Below, piece by piece: positions 32,302 through 39,709 of a DNA stretch of 39,709 nucleotides; the first letter of the stretch is position 1; each line of letters begins with the position of its first letter. The position numbers were made by a program, and so were the translations under genes. The DNA lies in contig JAJZCK010000002.1 in the NCBI GenBank assembly GCA_021846125.1, forward strand, positions 1 to 39,709, written 5' to 3'. The DNA comes from Actinomycetes bacterium (lineage in GTDB: Bacteria > Actinomycetota > Acidimicrobiia > Acidimicrobiales > Bog-793). Under the pieces are notes generated by a model. It made no database searches. It had not been told where the DNA came from and saw only the letters and a program-made list of their open reading frames with translations.

Positions 32302-33810
32302 CTACGTCTCCCGGGCCCAGCCAAGGGCACGCTCGCGTGCCTCGAGCCACCGACTGTAGAGAGCGTCGCGAGCTGTGTCCCCCATCGCCGGCTCGTACCG
32401 GCGCGCGCTAGTCCGGAGCGTCGCGACCTCCTCCCGGCCCCGCCACATGCCCGTCGCTATCCCTGCGGCGAACGCTGCCCCGAGACCTGTCGACTCACGC
32501 CTCGCCGCGACGTCGACCGGCACGCCGGCGATGTCGGCCTGGAACTGCATCAGCCAGGAGTTGACGCTCCCACCACCGTCGACGCGCAGCTCCGCGACCG
32601 GGCTGCCCGACCTGGCCATCGCCTCGAGGACGTCGCGGGTCTGGTAGGCGATGCTCTCGAGAGCTGCTCGCGCGAGGTGCGCTCGGGTCGTCCCGCGGGT
32701 CGCCCCGATGAGCAGGCCGCGGGCCGAGGGGTCCCAGACCGGCGCGCCGAGCCCGGCGAGCGCCGGGACGAGCCAGACGTCGTCGTTCGACGCGAGGCTC
32801 GCGGCGAGCTCCTCCGTCTCGCCCGCGCTCTCGACCACGCCGAGCCCGTCGCGCAGCCACTGCACGGCAGACCCGGTGGCAAAGATCGAGCCTTCGAGGG
32901 CGTACTCCGTCGGAGCACCGTCGAGCGTGCACGCCACGGTCGCGACGAGCCGGCCGCGTTCCGCCGGTGGCTCGTCTCCCGCGTGCTGCAAGACGAACGA
33001 GCCCGTTCCGTAGGTGTTCTTCGTCTGGCCCCGGGAGAAGCACCCTTGACCGAACAGCGCAGCCTGCTGGTCTCCGACGACCGCCGCCACGGGCACCGGC
33101 GCGCCGGAGAGCAGCTCCGAGGAGCACTCCCCGAACACGTGCGCGCTCGGCCGGATCTCGGGGAGGACGCGGGCAGGCACGCGGAACAGCGCGCAGAGCT
33201 CCTCGTCCCACGCGGCGCTGCCGAGGTCCATGAGCGAGGTGCGCGACGCGTTGGTCACGTCGGTCGCATGGACACGGCCACCGGTCATCTTCCACACGAG
33301 CCAGGAGTCGATCGTCCCGGCGCAGATCTCACCACGCTCCGCGCGCTCCCTACCACCGACGACGTGGTCAAGAAGCCAGGCGAACTTCGTCGCGGAGAAG
33401 TACGGGTCGAGGAGCAAGCCAGTCCGCCCGGCCACGAGGGGGCCGGCCCCTTCGGCCGCCAACCGCCGGCAGACGTCCGCCGTCCGGCGGTCCTGCCAGA
33501 CGATCGCCGGGCAGAGCGGCGTGCCCGACGCGCGTTCCCAGAGCATCGAGGTCTCCCGCTGGTTCGTGATCCCGAGCGCGGCGACGTCAGTCGCGGCGAG
33601 GGCCGCCGCACGCAGCGCCTGGTCGACGAGGCCGACGACGTCCGCCCAGATCCGCTCCGGATCGTGCTCGACGAGCCCGGGTGCGGGGAAGCTCTGCGCG
33701 AGCTCGCCGTAGGCGCTCGCGACGACGGCTCCTGCGTCGTCGACGACGAGGACCGTAGTGCCCGTCGTGCCCTGGTCGACGGCGACGACGTGGGAGGCGC
33801 CTGCGCGCAC
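32302..33810 (-). CDS. glpK: Glycerol kinase (FGGY family)
   Basis: VAVDQGTTGTT, GITNQRETSMLWERASGTPLCPAIVWQDRRT and TYGTGSFVL match GlpK hallmarks. Confidence 0.9.
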   Translation of the reverse strand: MRAGASHVVAVDQGTTGTTVLVVDDAGAVVASAYGELAQSFPAPGLVEHDPERIWADVVGLVDQALRAAALAATDVAALGITNQRETSMLWERASGTPLCPAIVWQDRRTADVCRRLAAEGAGPLVAGRTGLLLDPYFSATKFAWLLDHVVGGRERAERGEICAGTIDSWLVWKMTGGRVHATDVTNASRTSLMDLGSAAWDEELCALFRVPARVLPEIRPSAHVFGECSSELLSGAPVPVAAVVGDQQAALFGQGCFSRGQTKNTYGTGSFVLQHAGDEPPAERGRLVATVACTLDGAPTEYALEGSIFATGSAVQWLRDGLGVVESAGETEELAASLASNDDVWLVPALAGLGAPVWDPSARGLLIGATRGTTRAHLARAALESIAYQTRDVLEAMARSGSPVAELRVDGGGSVNSWLMQFQADIAGVPVDVAARRESTGLGAAFAAGIATGMWRGREEVATLRTSARRYEPAMGDTARDALYSRWLEARERALGWARET

Positions 33811-33815
33811 CGCCG

Positions 33816-35558
33816 TCAGTGGTTCTCCCGCGGCACGCCGTCACCGCTCGAACCGACAAGGAAGTCCAGGTCACACCCGTGGTTTGCCTGGAGGACGTGG
33901 TCGACGTAGAGACGGGTCCAGCCCCGGTCCGCTACAGGCGCCGGAGGCGACCACGCCGTGCGGCGCTCGGCGAGCTCGCCGTCGGCGACCTCGATGTCGA
34001 GCCGGCGGGCTGCGACGTCGAGCACGACGACGTCGCCCGTCCGCACGAGGGCGAGCGGACCACCGGCCGCGGCCTCCGGTGCGACGTGGAGGACCACCGT
34101 GCCATATCCAGTGCCCGACATCCGGGCGTCGGAGATCCGCACCATATCGGTGACCCCGTCGCGCAGGATCTTCGCCGGAAGCGGAAGGTTGCCCACCTCT
34201 GGCATCCCGGGATAGCCGCGCGGGCCGGCATAGCGGAGCACGAGGACGTCGTCGGCCGCGACGTCGAGCTCGTCGCTCTCGCTCTTGTCGAGGTAGTCCT
34301 CGAGCGAGTCGAACACGACGGCCCTCCCCCGGTGACGGAGCAGGTGGGGAGATGCCGCGGAGACCTTGAGGACCGCTCCGTCCGGGCAGAGGTTGCCACG
34401 CAGCACCGCCGTGCCGGAGCCAGGCGGCTGGACCGGGTCTGCCATCGGGTGGACCACGTCGGGGCGCCAGGTCGTCGAGCCGGCGACCTGCTCGCCCATC
34501 GAGATACCGCTCACCGTGCCCGCGTCCTCGTGGAGCATCCCTGCACGGGCGAGCTCGGCGAGCACGACCGGGAGGCCGCCTGCGTCGTAGAAGTCCTCCA
34601 TCAGCCAGCTGCCCGAGGGCATGAGGTCGACCAGAAGCGGCACCTCCCCCGCGAGCTGGTCGAAGTCCTCGAGGTCGAGGCGTACCCCGACCCGTCCGGC
34701 GATGGCGACGAGGTGGATCACCGCGTTGGTCGATCCGCCGATCGCGGCATTCGCCCGGATCGCGTTCTCGAAGGCATCTCGTGTCATCACCTCGCTCGGC
34801 CTCGGCCCCCCCGAGCGCACCATCTCGACGATCCTCTGCCCGGCGAGCTGGCCGATCCGGAGCCGGCCGGCGTCGGCGGCGGGAACGGCCGCGGAGCCCT
34901 TGAGCGACATACCGAGGGCCTCCGCCATGCACGCCATCGTCGACGCGGTGCCCATCGTCATGCAATGGCCGTTCGAGCGGTTCATGCACGTCTCGGCCTC
35001 GAGGACGTCCTCCGCGGAGAGCCGTCCCGCCCGCTGCTCCTCCGTGAGGCGCCAGACGTCGGTGCCCGAGCCGATGTCTCGACCGTGCCAGCGGCCGCGC
35101 AGCATCGGGCCGCCGGTGACGAGGATCGCCGGCATGTCGACGCTGGCGGCACCCATGAGCATCGCCGGGGTCGTCTTGTCGCACCCCGAAAGCAGGACGA
35201 CGCCGTCGAGCGGGTTCGCGCGAAGGCTCTCCTCCACCTCCATCGCCATCAGGTTCCGGTAGAGCATTGCGGTCGGCCGGAGCAGCGTCTCGCCGAGGCT
35301 CATCGTCGGGAACTCGAGAGGAAAGCCACCTGCCTGCCACACTCCACGCTTCACGGCTTCGGCGACGCGGCCGAGGTGGGAGTTGCACGGCGTCAGCTCG
35401 GACTCGGAGCTTGCGATCCCGATCACCGGTCGTCCGTCGAAGACCTCGGGCGTGAAGCCTTCCGCCCGCACCCACGACCTGTAGATGAACCCGGTCCGTC
35501 CCGACGAGCCAAACCACGCGGCGCTCCGCCGCCCTGTGTCGCTCCCCACGCGTGTCAC
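33816..35558 (-). CDS. IlvD/Edd-family dehydratase (sugar-acid or dihydroxy-acid dehydratase)
   Basis: CNSHL, LSGCDKTTPAMLMGA, GHCMTMGTASTMA and RYAGPRGYPGMPE motifs. The GTG start lies 5 nt after GGGGGAGG. The genomic context favours a sugar-acid dehydratase over biosynthetic IlvD, but this is unproven. Confidence 0.85.
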   Translation of the reverse strand: MTRVGSDTGRRSAAWFGSSGRTGFIYRSWVRAEGFTPEVFDGRPVIGIASSESELTPCNSHLGRVAEAVKRGVWQAGGFPLEFPTMSLGETLLRPTAMLYRNLMAMEVEESLRANPLDGVVLLSGCDKTTPAMLMGAASVDMPAILVTGGPMLRGRWHGRDIGSGTDVWRLTEEQRAGRLSAEDVLEAETCMNRSNGHCMTMGTASTMACMAEALGMSLKGSAAVPAADAGRLRIGQLAGQRIVEMVRSGGPRPSEVMTRDAFENAIRANAAIGGSTNAVIHLVAIAGRVGVRLDLEDFDQLAGEVPLLVDLMPSGSWLMEDFYDAGGLPVVLAELARAGMLHEDAGTVSGISMGEQVAGSTTWRPDVVHPMADPVQPPGSGTAVLRGNLCPDGAVLKVSAASPHLLRHRGRAVVFDSLEDYLDKSESDELDVAADDVLVLRYAGPRGYPGMPEVGNLPLPAKILRDGVTDMVRISDARMSGTGYGTVVLHVAPEAAAGGPLALVRTGDVVVLDVAARRLDIEVADGELAERRTAWSPPAPVADRGWTRLYVDHVLQANHGCDLDFLVGSSGDGVPRENH

Positions 35559-35593
35559 GTGAACCTCCCCCTCGTCGTCTTGTGGTGCCGAGA

Positions 35594-36568
35594 TCAGTCG
35601 CCCGGGCCCCGTCCCGTGACGGTCGCCGCCGCGGTGGTCGTCGCCTCAGGGTAGTAGCGCTCGAGGATCGAGAGCCCGAGCTCCGCGCGCCGGACACGCT
35701 CGCGCGCCGTCGCTTCGGCGACACCCGCGAGGTGGCCGCCCGAGGGATAGATCCCCGGAGCGTTGCGCACCGTGAACTTGAGGTGCACGGGCGCCGCCAC
35801 CCTGGTGAGCTCGGCGACCTCGTAGTGGCGGACCACGCCGCCGAAGTCGTCCGCCGCCTCGACGTAGACGTCGAGGGGCAGGGAGACAGCGGCGCGGATC
35901 CCGGCGATCTGCGCGAGCGTCAGGTCGACAGGAAGGTTGATCGTGGTCGCGCCGAGATCCTCGACGACACGAGCGGTCGCAGGATTGCAGACCGGCAACG
36001 ATATCGAGACCTTGAGCACGAGGTCCCCCGGGAGGTCACCTCGCTCCTTCATCACCCCGAGGACGTGGAGCAGGCCGATGTCGGCCACGAGCACGCTCCG
36101 CACCCCGAGCTCGCAACCGCGACGGACGTCCTCCACCGCGTAGACGAGCTGGTCCGCGCCGCGAAGCGAACCGGACACGACCCGACCCGACGGCGTGGTC
36201 GCCTGGACCCCGACGTCCCACGAGGCGCGAGGCCCCACGAAGAGCGAGACCTCGACACCCCACGCCCGTCCGAGAGCGACCATCTCCTCGGTCTCGGAGC
36301 GGGTCAGCATCATGAGCCCGCTCCCCTGGCTCACCCGGTGCACGGGCACGTGACGGCACGTCGCCTCGTCGAGGACGGCACGAAGCGGCGCGGGTCCTTC
36401 GACGGACGGGATCTCGACCCGCCACTGCGCGCCGTCCGAGAAACGCGACGGCGAGCTCGGCAGCTCGCCAGGGTCCCTCCGAGGAAGCCCGAGCGACTCG
36501 AGAACCCCGCGAGTGGCGGCGATGCCCTCCTGGCCCGACATAGCGCTCTCCTGGCTGCTTACCGTCAT
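35594..36568 (-). CDS. Conserved-looking protein of unknown function, alternating strand/helix pattern suggestive of a (beta/alpha)8 barrel
   Basis: ATG at 36568 follows GGAGGA, and GC3 is good. Eight short hydrophobic strands (VEIPSV, HRVSQG, VSLFVG, SVLVAD, VLKVSISL, TINLPV, LDVYVEA, VHLKF) alternate with helical segments. I could not assign a family with confidence; any U32-like resemblance is only an impression. Confidence 0.6.
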   Translation of the reverse strand: MTVSSQESAMSGQEGIAATRGVLESLGLPRRDPGELPSSPSRFSDGAQWRVEIPSVEGPAPLRAVLDEATCRHVPVHRVSQGSGLMMLTRSETEEMVALGRAWGVEVSLFVGPRASWDVGVQATTPSGRVVSGSLRGADQLVYAVEDVRRGCELGVRSVLVADIGLLHVLGVMKERGDLPGDLVLKVSISLPVCNPATARVVEDLGATTINLPVDLTLAQIAGIRAAVSLPLDVYVEAADDFGGVVRHYEVAELTRVAAPVHLKFTVRNAPGIYPSGGHLAGVAEATARERVRRAELGLSILERYYPEATTTAAATVTGRGPGD

Positions 36569-36679
36569 CGAGGTCCTCCGCTCGCAGACCGGTCGTCACC
36601 GTAATCCACGGCGGCATCGCACGCCCCGTCCGCGCACCTTGACGCCTCCACACCACCTCGCTAGCATCCCGAAAGCTGT

Positions 36680-36693
36680 TGAAATCCTTTTCA
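36680..36693. promoter_or_regulatory. LacI-family operator-like palindrome TGAAA-N4-TTTCA
   Basis: tgaaatccttttca lies in the AT-rich part of the divergent intergenic region between 36568 (-) and 36795 (+). It is flanked by two CGCTAGC copies (36659-36665 and 36712-18). A LacI gene lies at 38771. The central CG typical of many LacI sites is absent. Confidence 0.3.
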
Positions 36694-36794
36694 TCCCGCC
36701 GAACAGGCGCCCGCTAGCGACGGAACGCGTCGGAGCGACGCTCGTCGGCCCCACGTTGGCCGGCCGCGACCGAGCCGCAGGAAGGGACGGTGCC

Positions 36795-38765
36795 GTGAGC
36801 CAAGGACCGGTCGAACCCGTCGCGAGGGAGCGTCTCGCGCTGCTCCCGCTGAGCCACGGTCGCGTGGCGCTCACCGACGGGTTCTGGTCGTCGCGCCAGC
36901 GGAGGAACCGCGAGGTCACCATTCCCTACGGGATCGCGATGCTCGAGCAGAGCGGGACGATGGAGAACCTGCGCGTCGCAGCCGGGTCATCGACGGCCGA
37001 GTACAAGATGCCGCTCTTCCGGGACTCGGACCTGTACAAGGTCCTCGAGGCCATCGCGTGGGAACGGTCCCATGGCGCCGACGACGCGCACGAGCACTTC
37101 CTCGCGTCGAGCGCGTCGCTGCTCGCGGCGGCGCAGGAGCAGGACGGCTACCTGAACTCCTACGTCCAGGTCGTCGAGCCGGGCCGACGCTTCGCCAATC
37201 CGGCCATGGGGCACGAGCTCTACTGCGCGGGCCACCTGCTCCAAGCCGCCGTCGCCGACACCCGCACGTCCGCGCATCCCTCGGGCAGCCCGAGCTCGCT
37301 CGGTCTCGTGGCGAGCCGCTTCGCCTCCTACCTCGCCGACGTCCTGCCGCGCGAACAAGCCGGTTTCGTCCCAGGTCACCCTGAGATCGAGACCGCGCTC
37401 GTCGAGCTCTACCGGACGAGCCGCGACCACCGCCTGCTCGACCTCGCGGCCGACCTGCTCGCCCGACGCGGCCGCGGAGCGCTGCGGTGGCACAACTTCG
37501 GAGCTTCGTACTTCCAGGACGACGTGCCGTTCGAGCAGGCGACCGCGATCCGAGGACACGCCGTGCGCGCGCTGTACCTCCTCGCCGGCGCCACCGACAT
37601 CTACACCGAGACGGGTGCCACGACCCTCCTCCCCCCGATCCTCGCCCAGTGGTCGGACATGACATCGTCGAAGACCTACATCACCGGTGGCGTAGGCTCC
37701 AGGCACCAGGACGAGGCCTTCGGCGACCCTTTCGAGCTCCCGCCGGACCGCGCCTACTGCGAGACCTGTGCCGCGATCGCGTCGGTGATGTGGAACTGGC
37801 GGCTGCTGCTGCTCACCGGCGACGGGAAGTACGCCGATCTCATGGAGCGCACGCTGTACAACGGCTTCCTCGCCGGTGTCGGGCTCGACGGCACGAGCTT
37901 CTTCTACGTCAACTCGCTGCAGGCCCGCACGCCCTCGGCCCGATCACCCTGGTACGACTGCGCGTGCTGCCCACCAAACGTCATGCGGTTGCTGGCGAGC
38001 CTCGAGCACTATCTCGTGACGACCTCCGAGTCCGGTGTGCAGATCCACCAGTACTTCTCCGGCACCGTCAGCCTCGCCGGAGGCGGGGCGCCCGGCGCCG
38101 GGCCGCTCGAGCTCGCCGCTTGGACCGACTACCCTCACGGGGGGACGTTCGCCCTCCGGGTCGTCGACGCTCCGGACGCCCCCGTCGAGATCGCGATCCG
38201 GATCCCGTCCTATGCCCGCAGCATCTCCCTGACACTCGGCGGCAAGCAGTTGCAGCTCGAACCCGACGATCGCGGCTACGTGCGCGTCAGCCGGGCGTGG
38301 ACCGCCGGTGACGAGCTCCACCTCGCCATGCCGATGCGCCCACGCGCGATCTACGCGTCGGACCAGGTCGACGGAGCCCGCGGCTGCGTAGCGTTCGAGC
38401 GCGGTCCCCTCGTCTACTGCGTCGAAGGCGTCGACGTGGAACCCGGCCCGGCAGGCTCGGGCGCGGGCGGCCTGCCCGGGGTCTCCGTGGACCCGCTCGC
38501 CCCGGTCGGCGAGTCGCCCGCCGTCGACATCGCAGGTGAGCGTGTGGTGGCCCTCCGCCTCCAGGGACGGCTGCGGCGCCCGGGCAGGCCCGACTGGCCG
38601 TACGCGGAAGACCGTGCCGCGCTCGAACGAGCGGGCGACGGGAGCGCCGGCGGCGACACGGCGCTCGAGGTGCAGGCGATCCCCTACTACTCGTGGGCCA
38701 ATCGAGGGGCTTCCGACATGCGCGTCTGGATACCGGCGTCCGACGCGAGCCGTGCCAGTATGTAG
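36795..38765 (+). CDS. Glycoside hydrolase family 127 (beta-L-arabinofuranosidase, HypBA1-like / DUF1680)
   Basis: GTG at 36795 follows GGAAGGGACGG. The sequence LTDGFWSSRQ...IPYGIAMLEQSGTMENL...FRDSDLYKVLEA, YCETCA and YDCACCPPNVMR matches the Glu/Cys3 zinc and catalytic Cys motifs of GH127 as I recall them. Confidence 0.85.
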   Translation: MSQGPVEPVARERLALLPLSHGRVALTDGFWSSRQRRNREVTIPYGIAMLEQSGTMENLRVAAGSSTAEYKMPLFRDSDLYKVLEAIAWERSHGADDAHEHFLASSASLLAAAQEQDGYLNSYVQVVEPGRRFANPAMGHELYCAGHLLQAAVADTRTSAHPSGSPSSLGLVASRFASYLADVLPREQAGFVPGHPEIETALVELYRTSRDHRLLDLAADLLARRGRGALRWHNFGASYFQDDVPFEQATAIRGHAVRALYLLAGATDIYTETGATTLLPPILAQWSDMTSSKTYITGGVGSRHQDEAFGDPFELPPDRAYCETCAAIASVMWNWRLLLLTGDGKYADLMERTLYNGFLAGVGLDGTSFFYVNSLQARTPSARSPWYDCACCPPNVMRLLASLEHYLVTTSESGVQIHQYFSGTVSLAGGGAPGAGPLELAAWTDYPHGGTFALRVVDAPDAPVEIAIRIPSYARSISLTLGGKQLQLEPDDRGYVRVSRAWTAGDELHLAMPMRPRAIYASDQVDGARGCVAFERGPLVYCVEGVDVEPGPAGSGAGGLPGVSVDPLAPVGESPAVDIAGERVVALRLQGRLRRPGRPDWPYAEDRAALERAGDGSAGGDTALEVQAIPYYSWANRGASDMRVWIPASDASRASM

Positions 38766-38770
38766 CGGCA

Positions 38771-39709
38771 ATGGCACGATCCTCGGACAGCGATCGCGAC
38801 GGAGCGATCGCTGCGCCTGACGACAGCGCCGCGTCGAGGCGCCGGACGGCTCCGACGATCTCCGACGTCGCAGCGCTCGCCGGTGTCTCGACGGCAACCG
38901 TCTCGAAGTCGCTGAACGGTCGCGCGGGGATCAGCACGACGACCCGCGCCAAGGTGGTGGCCGCGGCCGAGCAGCTCGGCTTCCGCTCGAATGCCATCGC
39001 CCAGAGCCTTCTCAGCGGGCGTAGCTACACGGTCGGCCTGATCACCAACGACAGCTTCGGACGGTTCAGCATCCCCGTCATGCTCGGGGCCGAGGACGCC
39101 CTCCAGGCCGGCCAGATCGCCGTTCTCCTCTGCGACGGGCGGGACGACCCGATCCGGGAGCAGCACTACATCCGCACACTCGCCGCACGTCGGGTGGACG
39201 GCATCATCGTGACCGGCCGACGTGCCGATCCACGGCCACCTGTCACGCTCGACTTCCCGATCCCCGTCGTCTACGCGATGTGCGAGTCCACCGATCCCCG
39301 CGACAGCTCGATCCTCCCCGACGACGAGCAAGGGGGAAGGCTCGCCGTCGAGCACCTCCTCGCGACGGGTCGTCGGTCTATCGGCCACGTCACCGGCCCG
39401 TCCGACTTCCGCGCGGTGCGTCTCCGGACGGCGGGAGCGACCGGCGCCCTTGCCCGGGCGGGACTCTCTCTCGCCGCCGGGGCTCCGCTACACGGGCCAT
39501 GGAGCGAAGAGTGGGGCCGTCAGGCGGCAACGATCCTGCTGCGCGCCCAGGACGACCTCGACGCCGTCTTCTGCGGGAGCGACCAGATCGCCCGTGGCGT
39601 GGCCGAAGGCCTCCACGCGGCGGGACGCGGGATACCGCAAGACGTCGCACTGGTCGGCTTCGACAACTGGACCGTCATGACCGACGCGTGCCGGCCTCCG
39701 CTCACGACG
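38771..39709 (+). CDS. LacI-family transcriptional regulator (3' end beyond the window)
   Basis: My own translation from ATG 38771: MARSSDSDRDG...TISDVAALAGVSTATVSKSLNGRAGISTTTRAKVVAAAEQLGFRSNAIAQSLLSGRSYTVGLI..., an HTH plus periplasmic-binding-like fold. It is open to the last base. It is not in the supplied ORF track, presumably because it has no stop in the window. Confidence 0.85.
   Translation, partial: MARSSDSDRDGAIAAPDDSAASRRRTAPTISDVAALAGVSTATVSKSLNGRAGISTTTRAKVVAAAEQLGFRSNAIAQSLLSGRSYTVGLITNDSFGRFSIPVMLGAEDALQAGQIAVLLCDGRDDPIREQHYIRTLAARRVDGIIVTGRRADPRPPVTLDFPIPVVYAMCESTDPRDSSILPDDEQGGRLAVEHLLATGRRSIGHVTGPSDFRAVRLRTAGATGALARAGLSLAAGAPLHGPWSEEWGRQAATILLRAQDDLDAVFCGSDQIARGVAEGLHAAGRGIPQDVALVGFDNWTVMTDACRPPLTT

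Noticed and set aside
29020-33909. A 1629-aa stop-free plus-strand ORF. Similar giants include 27984..30917(-), 20986..23556(-), 23819..25924(+), 24453..26606(-), 26684..29023(+), 16058..17878(-, upstream part), 17730..19748(+) and 33871..35724(-).
   Set aside because: The translations are Arg/Pro/Gly/Ala-rich low-complexity strings with no motifs. They run antisense or out of frame across several well-supported genes (MCP, MFS, GlpK, IlvD, Nuo-like subunits). This is the usual artefact of stop-codon scarcity in very GC-rich DNA.
38687-39388. A 233-aa minus-strand ORF downstream of GH127.
   Set aside because: It is antisense to a clear LacI-family reading frame (38771 to the window end). That frame has an HTH and a sugar-binding fold, but it is missing from the ORF track because it has no stop in the window.

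Overview
Very GC-rich, actinobacterial-type chromosomal DNA. It is densely coding, mostly on the minus strand, and the high GC produces many long spurious antisense ORFs. I support about 33 CDS, 3 tRNA genes, 1 pseudogene remnant and a few structural or regulatory motifs.

Gene order, left to right:
- (1) A secreted protein with four repeat domains and a Ser/Thr-rich linker, divergent from a polytopic GT-C-like membrane protein.
- (2) A Tad/Flp-type pilus operon: PAS-LuxR regulator, TadZ, TadA, TadB, TadC, TadE-like, TadG-like. No Flp pilin or prepilin peptidase is visible.
- (3) A small island with tRNA-Arg, a VOC/glyoxalase-like gene, tRNA-His, tRNA-Lys and a degraded family-A DNA polymerase remnant.
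- (4) A six-gene complex-I / group-4-hydrogenase-like membrane module followed by an ArsR regulator. Its large subunit lacks all four [NiFe] cysteine ligands (Ehr-type).
- (5) A divergent isocitrate-dehydrogenase-family gene.
- (6) A putative copper / cytochrome-oxidase-assembly operon (membrane-SCO fusion, secreted W-repeat protein, CtaG-like protein) bracketed by an ECF sigma factor and a zf-HC2 anti-sigma factor.
- (7) A GAF-containing methyl-accepting chemotaxis protein.
- (8) A housekeeping and sugar-catabolic run: hemolysin-III, small membrane protein, stand-alone riboflavin kinase, MFS, GlpK, IlvD/Edd dehydratase, unknown barrel-like protein, GH127 beta-L-arabinofuranosidase, LacI.

I found no CRISPR array, transposase, integrase, toxin-antitoxin pair or recognisable defence genes. 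Nothing here is unambiguously a new system. The most unusual items are the cysteine-less hydrogenase-like module with its AT-rich palindromic control region, the sigma/anti-sigma-bracketed copper operon, and the adhesin / GT-C / Tad neighbourhood. All functional calls come from motif recognition by eye. No searches were run.
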